From contig JAZJZK010000014.1 in NCBI GenBank assembly GCA_040389905.1, positions 224,001-288,000 of the forward strand: a stretch of 64,000 nucleotides of DNA, in the 5' to 3' direction. The stretch comes from Gemmatimonadota bacterium. GTDB taxonomy: Bacteria; Gemmatimonadota; Gemmatimonadetes; Gemmatimonadales; Gemmatimonadaceae. Positions 1-12,700 of the stretch are shown here, one piece after another (the first letter of the stretch is position 1; each line of letters opens with the position of its first letter). The notes beneath the pieces are model-generated. The model made no database searches and had not been told where the DNA came from. It was given only the letters and a program-made list of their open reading frames with translations. Both the position numbers and the translations under genes were made by a program.

Positions 1-1
1 G

Positions 2-652
2 CTGACGAACGCGGTTCGAGAACTCGCCGAACGACATCTTGCCTCTGGAACGGCGCGACTCGCCGGCGCGGTGATGATCCTGCTCGCGCTGGTCTTCGGT
101 GTCGCGCTGGGCGATCGCGCAGCGGTGCTCTTGTTCGGCAACATCCGCGAACTGAGCCCCGTCGCGCTCCCGTGGTGGACACTCGGCGTCGCGATCGTGG
201 CAACGGGTGCGAGCTTCGTGGTGATTCTCAAGGCAGAACCGCGCGACACGGCGTGGATCGTGGGTGCGTGCGCGACCAGCTATCTCCTCGCGAGCACCTC
301 GGTGCGTCTGGCCGGACCAGAGATCGGCTTGTTCGTTGCCGCGCTGAGTGACGGCCTTGCAGCCGCGCTCTGGGGCCGCTGGCGCGATCGCCCGCAAAGC
401 GTCGTCCTGGTGCCCGCCATCCTTATGCTCGTGCCGGGAAGCGTGGGATTCCGCAGCCTGAACAGCCTTCTCGAACAGAACGTCATCGCGGGTGTCCAGA
501 CTGCATTCGCGATGATCCTTGCGGCGACCGCGCTCTCGGCTGGGCTCCTCGTCGCAACGTCAGTCGGCGAGGGGTGGCGGCGAATGAGAAAGGGGCCGCG
601 AGTCCCAATTCTTACGGACGAGCATCCCGCCATGCCTATGCCCCCGCTCTGA
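2..652 (+). CDS. Threonine/serine exporter (ThrE family), 5'-truncated by the window edge
   Basis: Open frame from base 2 (LTNAVRELAERHLASGTARL...); multiple TM segments and the VPAILMLVPGSVGF motif typical of the ThrE C-terminal half. Confidence 0.8.
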   Translation: MTNAVRELAERHLASGTARLAGAVMILLALVFGVALGDRAAVLLFGNIRELSPVALPWWTLGVAIVATGASFVVILKAEPRDTAWIVGACATSYLLASTSVRLAGPEIGLFVAALSDGLAAALWGRWRDRPQSVVLVPAILMLVPGSVGFRSLNSLLEQNVIAGVQTAFAMILAATALSAGLLVATSVGEGWRRMRKGPRVPILTDEHPAMPMPPL

Positions 653-691
653 CGACGGCGTTCGGCCGGATCGAGGCTGCGGGGTGAGTGG

Positions 692-725
692 GCGGCCTTC
701 ATTCCAATTTTGGAATGAAGGCCGC
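692..725. terminator. Perfect 16-bp inverted repeat between convergent genes (possible bidirectional terminator)
   Basis: GCGGCCTTCATTCCAA-TT-TTGGAATGAAGGCCGC. Confidence 0.55.
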
Positions 726-760
726 TGGACGAGGAGATGAAATGCAGATACCTCCGCCGA

Positions 761-3827
<3,067 letters not shown>

Positions 3828-3921
3828 GGAGCGAGGATTCGTGTGGGCGAGATTGCTCGACGTCAGTCAGATTATACCAGTGACACGGCCCCGTTGGCCA
3901 TTCTTTCCCCAGCGCATTCGA

Positions 3922-4329
3922 ATGAACAGCCTCTACCACGCACACTCCGGCCTCCGTTTTCTCATCCTTCTCGCCGCGGCCGCGAGCCTCATCGTCCTTG
4001 CCGCCGGACTCGCGACGGGCAAGCCGCTCCGAGCCACTCGGGCAGTAACGGCATCGTTCACCGGGCTGCTCGACCTCCAGGTGCTGCTCGGCATCGGTCT
4101 CGTCATCGGCGGATTGCTGACCGATGCCGCGACCGGGCATCTCGTCATGATGGTGCTCGCCGTGGTCGTTGCGCACGCCACATCCATACTGGCCGCTCGC
4201 GCGAAGGACGATCGGCGTGAGTTGCTGACGCGACTCATCGGCATCACACTCGCCCTGATGCTCATCGTTGGTGGCATCATGGCCATTGGGCGGGGTGTCT
4301 TCGGATCACTTCCGGCGAGCGTTGGCTAA
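3922..4329 (+). CDS. Small four-TM membrane protein
   Basis: MNSLYHAHSGLRFL..., four hydrophobic helices with His residues (HSG, GH...AH). Confidence 0.7.
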   Translation: MNSLYHAHSGLRFLILLAAAASLIVLAAGLATGKPLRATRAVTASFTGLLDLQVLLGIGLVIGGLLTDAATGHLVMMVLAVVVAHATSILAARAKDDRRELLTRLIGITLALMLIVGGIMAIGRGVFGSLPASVG

Positions 4330-4345
4330 CAGGTCAGCGCGCGCG

Positions 4346-5146
4346 ATGCTGTTGTCGGTCATCGTCGGGCTGCTCTCGAGCGCGTGCCACGGTGGGTTCA
4401 ACTATCTCGAGCGCGATGCGCCTCGGTACTGGCAGCAGGTTCCGCCGGGCCAGCCCACGCGCTCCCGCGGCGACACCCTGCGGGTCGTGACGTTCAACAT
4501 CGCGTTCGCGAGGAACATCGACAGCGCGATCGTGGTGCTGTCCAACGACGCCATGCTCCGGCGAGCCGATGTCGTCCTGCTTCAGGAGATGACGGCGTCG
4601 GCGACGCAGCGCATCGCCAGCGCACTCCAGATGGGCTATGTGTACTATCCAGCCATCTTTCACTACCGCAGCGCACAGGACTTTGGCAACGCGGTGCTGT
4701 CTCGATGGCCTATCGTGGGAGACGACAAGCTCATCCTTCCACACCGCTCCCGTTATGCGAGCACGCAGCGGTCGGCGACAGCCGTTACGCTGCAGGTGGA
4801 TTCGGTGCGCGTGCGGGTGTACTCGACGCATCTCGGTACACCGGCCGACATTGGTGCCGGCGCGCGGCGCGAGCAGCTCGAGACCATCGTGGCTGATTCG
4901 AAAGCATTCGTGTACGTCATCCTTGGTGGGGACATGAACTCGTCGTCACTCAGCGACATCGCGCGAGCGGGAGGATTTGCCTGGCCGACGGAACACGAAG
5001 CACGCACGACGCGATTCGGGGCGTGGGACCACCTTCTCGTGCGCGGCCTCGAGATTCCGGTGCACAATGTCGCGGGAATCTCGGAGCGAAGCGCAGGCGT
5101 CAGCGACCACAGGGCCGTGTGGGCGTCGGTGCTGCTTCCGCAATAG
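4346..5146 (+). CDS. Endonuclease/exonuclease/phosphatase family lipoprotein
   Basis: LSSAC lipobox-like signal; VVTFNI, LLQE, GNAVLSRWP, THL, GGDMN, DH and SDH motifs. Confidence 0.88.
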   Translation: MLLSVIVGLLSSACHGGFNYLERDAPRYWQQVPPGQPTRSRGDTLRVVTFNIAFARNIDSAIVVLSNDAMLRRADVVLLQEMTASATQRIASALQMGYVYYPAIFHYRSAQDFGNAVLSRWPIVGDDKLILPHRSRYASTQRSATAVTLQVDSVRVRVYSTHLGTPADIGAGARREQLETIVADSKAFVYVILGGDMNSSSLSDIARAGGFAWPTEHEARTTRFGAWDHLLVRGLEIPVHNVAGISERSAGVSDHRAVWASVLLPQ

Positions 5147-5184
5147 TGGCGGAACCGTAAACCCGCGCGGAGGATTTGCCTCCC

Positions 5185-6237
5185 ATGAACTCACAGGTCG
5201 AACTCGGGCTCGATACCTTCGGCGACGTCACGCGCACCGCCGACGGGCAGACGGTTTCCCACGCGCAGGTGATTCGCGACATCGTCAGCGAAGCCGTTCT
5301 CGCCGACGAACTCGGCGTCGACTTCATCGGCGTCGGGGAGCATCATCGCGATGATTTCGCCGTCTCGTCGCCCGAGATGGTGCTTGCGGCGATCGCCGGC
5401 CAAACCAAGCGCATCCACCTTGGCTCGGCGGTCACGGTACTCAGCTCCGACGATCCAATCCGCGTCTTCCAGCGCTTTTCGACGCTCAATGCCGTTTCGA
5501 ATGGGAGAGCAGAGGTCATCCTCGGACGCGGCTCGTTCACCGAATCGTTCCCGCTCTTCGGCTATTCGCTCGATCAGTATGAAGTGCTCTTCGAGGAGAA
5601 GCTGAGTCTCTATGCCGCGATGCTCGAAGCCGATCGCGAGGGCACATCGGTCTCGTGGCGTGGAACGACGCGTGCTCCGCTCGCGGGAGGTCGCGTCGTT
5701 CCGCGCACGGACAGCGGCAGTCTCACGACCTGGATCGGGGTCGGCGGAAGTCCCGAGTCAGTGGTCCGCGCTGCCCGCTATGGCATGCAGTTGATGCTCG
5801 CGATCATTGGCGGCTCACCACGCCGCTTCGCGCCGTATGTCGATCTCTACCACCGGGCCCTGTCAGAGCTTGGCGGCAGTGCGCTCCCCATCGGCGTACA
5901 TTCGCCTGGGCACGTCGCAGAGAGCGACGCGCAGGCGCGGGAAGAGATCTGGCCGGCCTATCGGGAGTTGCGGAACCGTATCGGCGCCGAACGTGGCTGG
6001 CCGCCGACCAGTCGCGCGGAATTCGAGCACGAGATCGAAGCGGGGTCGCTCTATGTGGGCGCGCCGGACACGGTCGCGCGTAAGATTGCGTCGACGGTCC
6101 AGGCGCTTGGCCTCAGTCGCTTCGACATGAAGTACAGCTCGGGGCCACTCGGCCACGACGCCATGATGCGGAGCATCGCACTCTATGGACGCGAGGTGAT
6201 GCCGCGCGTGCACGACCTCCTCACGTCGACAAGTTGA
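5185..6237 (+). CDS. LLM-class flavin-dependent oxidoreductase
   Basis: GLDTFGD, GVGEHHR, LGSAVTVLSSDDPIRVFQRF, GRGSFTESFPLFG. Confidence 0.92.
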   Translation: MNSQVELGLDTFGDVTRTADGQTVSHAQVIRDIVSEAVLADELGVDFIGVGEHHRDDFAVSSPEMVLAAIAGQTKRIHLGSAVTVLSSDDPIRVFQRFSTLNAVSNGRAEVILGRGSFTESFPLFGYSLDQYEVLFEEKLSLYAAMLEADREGTSVSWRGTTRAPLAGGRVVPRTDSGSLTTWIGVGGSPESVVRAARYGMQLMLAIIGGSPRRFAPYVDLYHRALSELGGSALPIGVHSPGHVAESDAQAREEIWPAYRELRNRIGAERGWPPTSRAEFEHEIEAGSLYVGAPDTVARKIASTVQALGLSRFDMKYSSGPLGHDAMMRSIALYGREVMPRVHDLLTSTS

Positions 6238-6242
6238 AAACT

Positions 6243-6318
6243 TGAACCACAGAGGACACAGAGGCACGGAGAACAACGTAAGTGTTTTCTCTGTGACCTC
6301 TGTGTCCTCTGTGGTTCA
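6243..6318. repeat. Palindromic element with 9-bp periodic arms (ACACAGAGG type)
   Basis: TGAACCACAGAGGACACAGAGG...CCTCTGTGTCCTCTGTGGTTCA between convergent genes; second copy at 58039-58200. Confidence 0.85.
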
Positions 6319-6355
6319 TTTGTTGTTGTCGTTCCTGAGTCTTCACGACCTCTGC

Positions 6356-7528
6356 CTACTGAACCTGGATGTAGAGGGGTACGGGCCAGAGCCGCAGGAT
6401 CTCCGCGCGCGACGTCGGCGGCCGGTCGTTCTTCAACTTCGAAAATTGTTTCCATCCCGTGTACTGCACGGGCTCCCGCTTGATGTCGCGCCAATACGTA
6501 TCGCGCTTCATCCACGGCGGACCGAATCCGTCCATGTGCATGACGATCTGCACGCGCGGGTCGAGCGCGATCTTCTTCGTGTTCGTCACGCCGCCCGGCG
6601 TGAAGCGGTGCACGACGAGAATCTTCGGCGGCAGCTTGTATCGATCCACCAACCCGGCAAGGAACTTCGACGCATAGTTGATGTCCGCAGCGTCGTACGT
6701 ACCAACGCGCTTGCCGGGAATGCCTCCCTTCTTCATCGAGAACTCTGGATCGATGCCGAGATGCACATCCGGCCGAACGAGAAATTTCTCGATCCAGGGT
6801 AGCTCGTGTTCCAGCGTGCTCTGTCCCACCTGGAGATCGAGGAAGAGGAGGGCGTTCCGACTCTTCGCCCATCCGTACACCTTCTCGACCATCGCGCTGT
6901 CATGACGCGTCCGATACTTCCCGCTCACTCCAGGCTGGGCATCTGCAACGAGCACGATCAGGTGCAGCGCAGGTTGTGCGGGATGCGCCGGATCCACTCG
7001 GTTCCACGCCACGACTTCCGAGTCGAGCTTGCTCAGCATCTCTTCTGGTGGGAACGCACCAAGAATGCCCATGCGTTTCGAAAGCGGATTCCCATAGTAC
7101 GCCACGATACGCCGAACGGGCAGGATGCTTCCTGGCAATGGCTCGGGACCTTTCACCGGCCAGAGTGAATCGAGAGCCGCGCTGTCATCGCGAAACGCGG
7201 GGTGACGATCTCCCGATTTTGGGCCGAGCAAAGCGCCAGTGGCTCGCCGTCGCGTTGTGTCCGCCGGTGCCTTGGAGTCCGTGGTCGGCGCGGTGCGGAT
7301 TGTCGTCGTGTCCATCACCGTTGCTCGGCGCGCCGCCACGAGCGAATCGACAGAGTCTCTCAGCGCACGAGGCGTTGTGTCGCGCATGGCTTCGGCCTTC
7401 TGCCGCGCGCCCGAACCAGCCGCCTGAGCGCGCGCCGAGCCGTCGGAACACGCCAGTGTGGTACACGCGGTGAGGCCGATCAGTAGTCGACCAATTGGGG
7501 CAACGCTGTGGGCAAGCGCGCTGAACAT
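6356..7528 (-). CDS. Conserved hypothetical lipoprotein
   Basis: TLAC lipobox, low-complexity linker, globular domain with IVAYYGNP, LDLQVG, GIDPEF, HRF and MDGFG motifs. Confidence 0.75.
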   Translation of the reverse strand: MFSALAHSVAPIGRLLIGLTACTTLACSDGSARAQAAGSGARQKAEAMRDTTPRALRDSVDSLVAARRATVMDTTTIRTAPTTDSKAPADTTRRRATGALLGPKSGDRHPAFRDDSAALDSLWPVKGPEPLPGSILPVRRIVAYYGNPLSKRMGILGAFPPEEMLSKLDSEVVAWNRVDPAHPAQPALHLIVLVADAQPGVSGKYRTRHDSAMVEKVYGWAKSRNALLFLDLQVGQSTLEHELPWIEKFLVRPDVHLGIDPEFSMKKGGIPGKRVGTYDAADINYASKFLAGLVDRYKLPPKILVVHRFTPGGVTNTKKIALDPRVQIVMHMDGFGPPWMKRDTYWRDIKREPVQYTGWKQFSKLKNDRPPTSRAEILRLWPVPLYIQVQ

Positions 7529-7718
7529 GGCTTGAGGAAACGAGTGGGGACGCCTGAAGTTCTGTATGATAGCACCCGCACCTCACCACTCGTGGCCGGG
7601 ATGCGCCGCCGCCAGCGCGCCCGGTGATCTGCGGCGGACATTCGGCGGATAGGCATTCCGCGGGGCCAAGGACGCGCTAGCTTCTTCGCTCTGCCACGAC
7701 CTCCACTTACGAGCGCGC

Positions 7719-9563
7719 ATGCCGACTCGCCGACGCGTCACGCTGAACGCCCTGCTGCTCGCTCTTTGTGCTCCGACCGCACACGCCCAGTACACGGTCA
7801 CATCTCCCGGCGGCAACCTCTCGCTCTCCGTCCATCACGCTCGCGAGGGCGTGGTCTTCTCGGTCGCCAGCGGCAAGACGCTCCTCGTCGACCGCGGCGC
7901 AATGGGTATCGCCACGAGTCGCGGCGCGTTCGATGCGGGACTTCGCTTCGTGCGCCAGACACGCAACACGATTGACGAGACCTACCAACTTCCCGTGGGA
8001 AAGCGCTCGACCTACGTCAACCGCGCGAACGAGCTCGACCTCGCATTCATCAAGGGCGAGCAGGAGTTTCACCTGGTTCTTCGCGCGTACGACGACGGTA
8101 TCGCGTTTCGTTATGCGTTGCCCGGATCGGGTGACGTCGAGATCTCGAGTGAGAGCACCACCTTTCCGCTCAGTGGATCGAACGTGACGTACTGGGGCCA
8201 AGCGCATCCAAACAACTACGGATACGAAACGGCACTCGGACTCATCACCGCAAGCCGCATCTCGATGCCGGTACTCGCGCAGTTGGGTGAGCGGAAGCAC
8301 TTCGTGCTCGTCGCACAGGCTGCGAGTTACGGCAACTACATCATCCCGAACTTCATCCGGCAAGGCAACACGCTCTCCGTCAGCTTTCCGATGGACCAGA
8401 AAACACCGGTGCGTACCACCCTGCCCTTCGTGTCTCCGTGGCGCTTTATGCTCGTCTCGCCTGGAACCGTGGGAAAGATCATCGAGTCGGTGATGGTGGA
8501 GAATCTCAATCCGCCGACCGAGCCCGAGCTCCGGAACGCAGACTGGATACGGCCTGGCCGCGCGAGTTGGGACTTCATCGCGGGCGACGGCAAGAAGCTC
8601 GGCACCTGGATTGATTTCGACGCCGAGATGGGCTGGGAGTGGCACGTGACGGACGCTGGGTGGCAAGGCCGCGTTCCGCACATGATGGAGACGACCGCGT
8701 ACGCGAAGGCGCGCAACGTCGCCATCATGGCGTGGGGGAAGGTTGCGAACCGCGACTTCCTCTACAAGCACGATCGCGCGGAAGCGTGGATGGCCGAGCT
8801 CGAACGACTCGGCCTTCGTGGCGCGAAGATCGACTTCTTCGATCAGCTGGATAGCGTCGCAACGGCGACCGATGATCTCGAAGACACGCAGGGACGACTC
8901 GCGCTGCGCGACTTTCTCTCCGAAACCGCAGCCAAGCACAAGCTGATGGTCGAGTACCACGGTGCGGCCATTCCCTCGGGCGAACGCCGTCGCTGGCCGC
9001 ACGTCATGAGTGCCGAGGCGATCTATGGACTCGAACGCCGGGTGCAAAACCTCCAACACGATCTCACGATTCCGTACGTTCGCAATGTCATGGGGCCCGC
9101 GAGCTACACGCCCTTCCACCTCACGCGCTCGATCGGATCACTCGCGTATCAACTCGGCCAGGTCGTGCTGTACGAGGCGGGCATACAGATCTTCGCCGAG
9201 CGCTACGATCGCATCCTCGGTTTTGCCGGCGTCGAATTCCTGAAAGCGGTTCCATCAACGTGGGACGACACACGATTCATCGACGGTCTGCCGTCGAGCC
9301 ACGCCGTCTTTGCCCGACGAAAGGGCGACGCGTGGTTCGTCGGCGGGATCAGTGGCGAATCACGCATCGTCAGCGTGCCACTCGCCTTCCTGAAGGAGGG
9401 AGTGACGTACTAGGCGGAGATCTATCGCGATGGCACGGACAAGACCGAGCTCGTGATGGAGAAGACGTTGGTGACGAGCAAGGACTCCCTGACCGTTGCG
9501 CTGCTCCCCGCGGGCGGATTCGCCGTGCATGTCCACCTGCCAAAGCCGAAGTCGGCGCCATAA
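7719..9563 (+). pseudogene. Glycoside hydrolase family 97, interrupted by an in-frame TAG at 9411-9413
   Basis: RAYDDGIAFRY, WIRPGRASW, KIDFFD, HGAAIPSGERRRWP, RNVMGP, VPSTWDDT; the frame continues after TAG as AEIYRDG...GGFAVH to TAA 9561-9563. Confidence 0.8.
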
Positions 9564-9716
9564 CGCCTGACACGACCACATCGGACGCCGGCTGACGCTC
9601 GGCGTACGCGATGCCGATACTGACAGTCAACAGGCTGTGACTTTCGGCAAAGCCTCGAGTGAGTTGTAGGCCACAACTTCGCGTCGACGTTCCGCCGCTG
9701 GGCGTTACGACGCCAA

Positions 9717-12700
9717 ATGAGCGCCATTTTCATGAAGTTCAGTTTTCCGACCCATCGTCGTCGCGGCGTCGCTGCGCTCTCCGCGGCGCTCCTCGCCACC
9801 CTTCCTCACCAGGGAGGCGGTCAGGCGTCGACGCAGCGCTTTCAACGAGTGAATACCACGCAGGGGCTGTCCCAGGAATCCGGACTGTCCCTCGCGCAGG
9901 ATAGCCTCGGCTTTGTGTGGATCGGCACCTACAGTGGGCTCAACCGGTACGACGGAAATGGATTCGTGGTCTTTCGGCACAAGCCCGAAGACAAGTCCGC
10001 GCTCCACGAGGGCTGGGTTAACCAGCTGACCGTCGATCCGAGCGGCTATGTGTGGGCGGGAACCTACAGAGGCCTGAGCCGCTTCGATCCGCGCACCGAG
10101 ACGTTCCGGACGTACATGCACGACGGAGCCGACACCAGCTCGTTGTCGAACGATCGCGTCGAGGCGCTCATTGCGACGGCGGACGGACAAATCTGGATTG
10201 GCACCGCGTCGGGGCTTGAACGGCTTGACCCGAGTACGGGCCACATCACTCGATTCCGCCACGATCCCCGCGACCCGAGCTCTCTGGGCGCGGGTCCGGT
10301 GAACGCACTGTACGCCGATCGTTCCGGCCGCCTGTGGATCGCTACGAGTGCGTCGCTGAACCGGTGGGATGCCGCGGCGGGTGCCTTCGTTCACTTCGGC
10401 GTGGACTCGGCGCGAGCTCGCAGTGCGGGTGACCAACGGATTTCTGCCATTCTCGAATCTGCCCCGGGGAAACTCTGGGTGGGGTCGCGCTATGGCGGAC
10501 TCTATTTGCTCGATGAGCGTACCAGCTCGGTTCGCCGCTTCGCGCACTCACGCACGGACCCGAACAGTCTGCTCGACGACGATGTGTTGTCACTCGGCGA
10601 AGACGCAAGGAATAACCTGTGGATTGGAACGCCTCGCGGATTGGACCGGCTGGACACCGTGACCGGGCGATTCGTCCACCACCCGGTGAAACCCGATGAT
10701 CCGTTCGCGTTGCCGAATTCAAGCGTTCTCTCCCTGCTGCGCGACCGCACTGGGGTGATGTGGATCGGCACCAACGCCGGTGTCACTCGGCTTGCGCCGC
10801 TCAACCTTGCGTTCACCACGTATGTGGGCAACCCGGACAAGCCGTCCCAACTGCCTGCCGGAGCGCCATGGGGGCTTGGTGAAGGGGCAGATCATCGGAT
10901 CCTGATCGGTGCGGAAGGTGGTCTTGCCTGGCTCGATCCACGCACCGATGTCGTCACGCACATGCCCTTCCGCGGTGCCGGCGAGCCCGCCCCGTGGAAT
11001 TTCATTACGGCCATCGAGAACGTTCCGGGGGACCGTCTGTGGGTCGCGAGTCGCGGGGGACTTGGCTACATCGATCCGAAGCGTGGCGCGTACGTCGATT
11101 TTCACTGGACCACACCGCCGCCCAACGGCGCCCGCCGCATTTCGACATTCGCTCAGGACACGTCCGGCTCACTGTGGGTGGCGCCCTACGGATTCGGCGT
11201 GGTGCGCGTCTCGCCCAACCGCGCCACCTGGCGTTCCTACGTCTTGGATTCGCTCGACAAGCGCTCGCTCAGCAGCAACGTGGTGTACGTCCTCCACACA
11301 GACGCGACCGGGACGACCTGGGCCGGAACGACCGATGGGCTCAACCGGTACGATCCCAAGACCGACAGTTTTGTTCGGTACACCAGTGTGCCAGACGACA
11401 CGACGACACTGAGTGACGGCGTCATTGCATCGCTGTACCGCGCAGACGCGCACACGCTGTGGGTGGGCACCGCTCGCGGACTGAATCGCCTGAACCCGGT
11501 CACAGGTCTGGTCGTGCGCTACAATCTCGACCCCAGCCTGCCGCGGGACTTCATCAATGGCATTCTCCCTGGCGAGGGAGGCATCCTGTGGCTTGTCAGC
11601 AATCACGGCATCTATCGGTTCGACCCACGTTCAGGCGCCGCGCACGCGTATCAAACGCAGGACGGAGTCCTCGGCAACGAGACGCAGGTGAACGTGTCGC
11701 TGCGCGCGAGCGACGGACGGTATTACATCCCTGGCACCTACGGAATCACAGCCTTCAGCCAACGTGATCTCGACGCAGCGGCGCATTCACCTGCGGTGGT
11801 GCTCACGGCACTGCGGGTCTCGAATGAGCCCGTGCCGGTTGGTAGCGCATTGCTGCCGCGCTCCCTCCAGTTCGCGGATGATCTGACGCTCACGCATCAG
11901 CAGCGGAGCTTTGCCCTGGAGTTCAGCGCCCTCGAGTATGGTAGCGCTGAACGGAGTCGCTTCGCCTACCGCCTCGATGGCTTCGATCGCGATTGGGTGC
12001 AGACGTCAACCGACAATCGGCGCGCAACGTACACAAACCTCAGTCCCGGCACGTACACCTTCCGTGTGCGTGCGATCGATGCCGGCGGGGCGCGTGGCGA
12101 GAAGGAGGCGTCGCTGGTAGTCCATATTCGCCCGCATCCTCTGGCAAGTCGGTGGGCCTACGCCACGTATGTGCTGATCCTCGTTGCCGGCGTGCTCGGC
12201 TGGGAGCGGAACCACCGCCGGCGCCTCACGCGTGAGCGTGCCGTCAACACGCGCCTGCGCGAGGTGGATCGCCTCAAGGACGAGTTCCTCGCCAACATAT
12301 CGCACGAGCTACGCACGCCATTACATGGCGTCATCGGCATGGCCGAATCGCTGCGCGACGGAGCGGCAGGAGCGTTGCCGGCCAAGGCGCGCAGCGATCT
12401 GGGGATCGTCGTCACCGGAGCGCGACGGTTGGCGTCGCTGGTCAATGACATCCTCGATTTCTCGAAGATGAGGAATGCAGCGCTTCGGCTTGATCTGGGA
12501 CCGGTGGATTTGCGCTGTCTCACCGACGGCGTGACCGATTTGATGCGACCGCTAGCCAACGAGAAAGGGCTCGTGCTGCGCAACGATGTGGCCATGGACT
12601 TCTCCTCCGTGCAAGCCGACGAGGGCCGCGTCCAACAGATCCTTTACAATCTGGTCGGCAATGCCATCAAGTTTACGGAGACCGGGTCCGTTGTGATTTC

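Noticed and set aside
9411..9413. Genome-wide TAG recoding
   Set aside because: TAG ends several genes at their expected C-termini (for example 5146, 39708, 42641)
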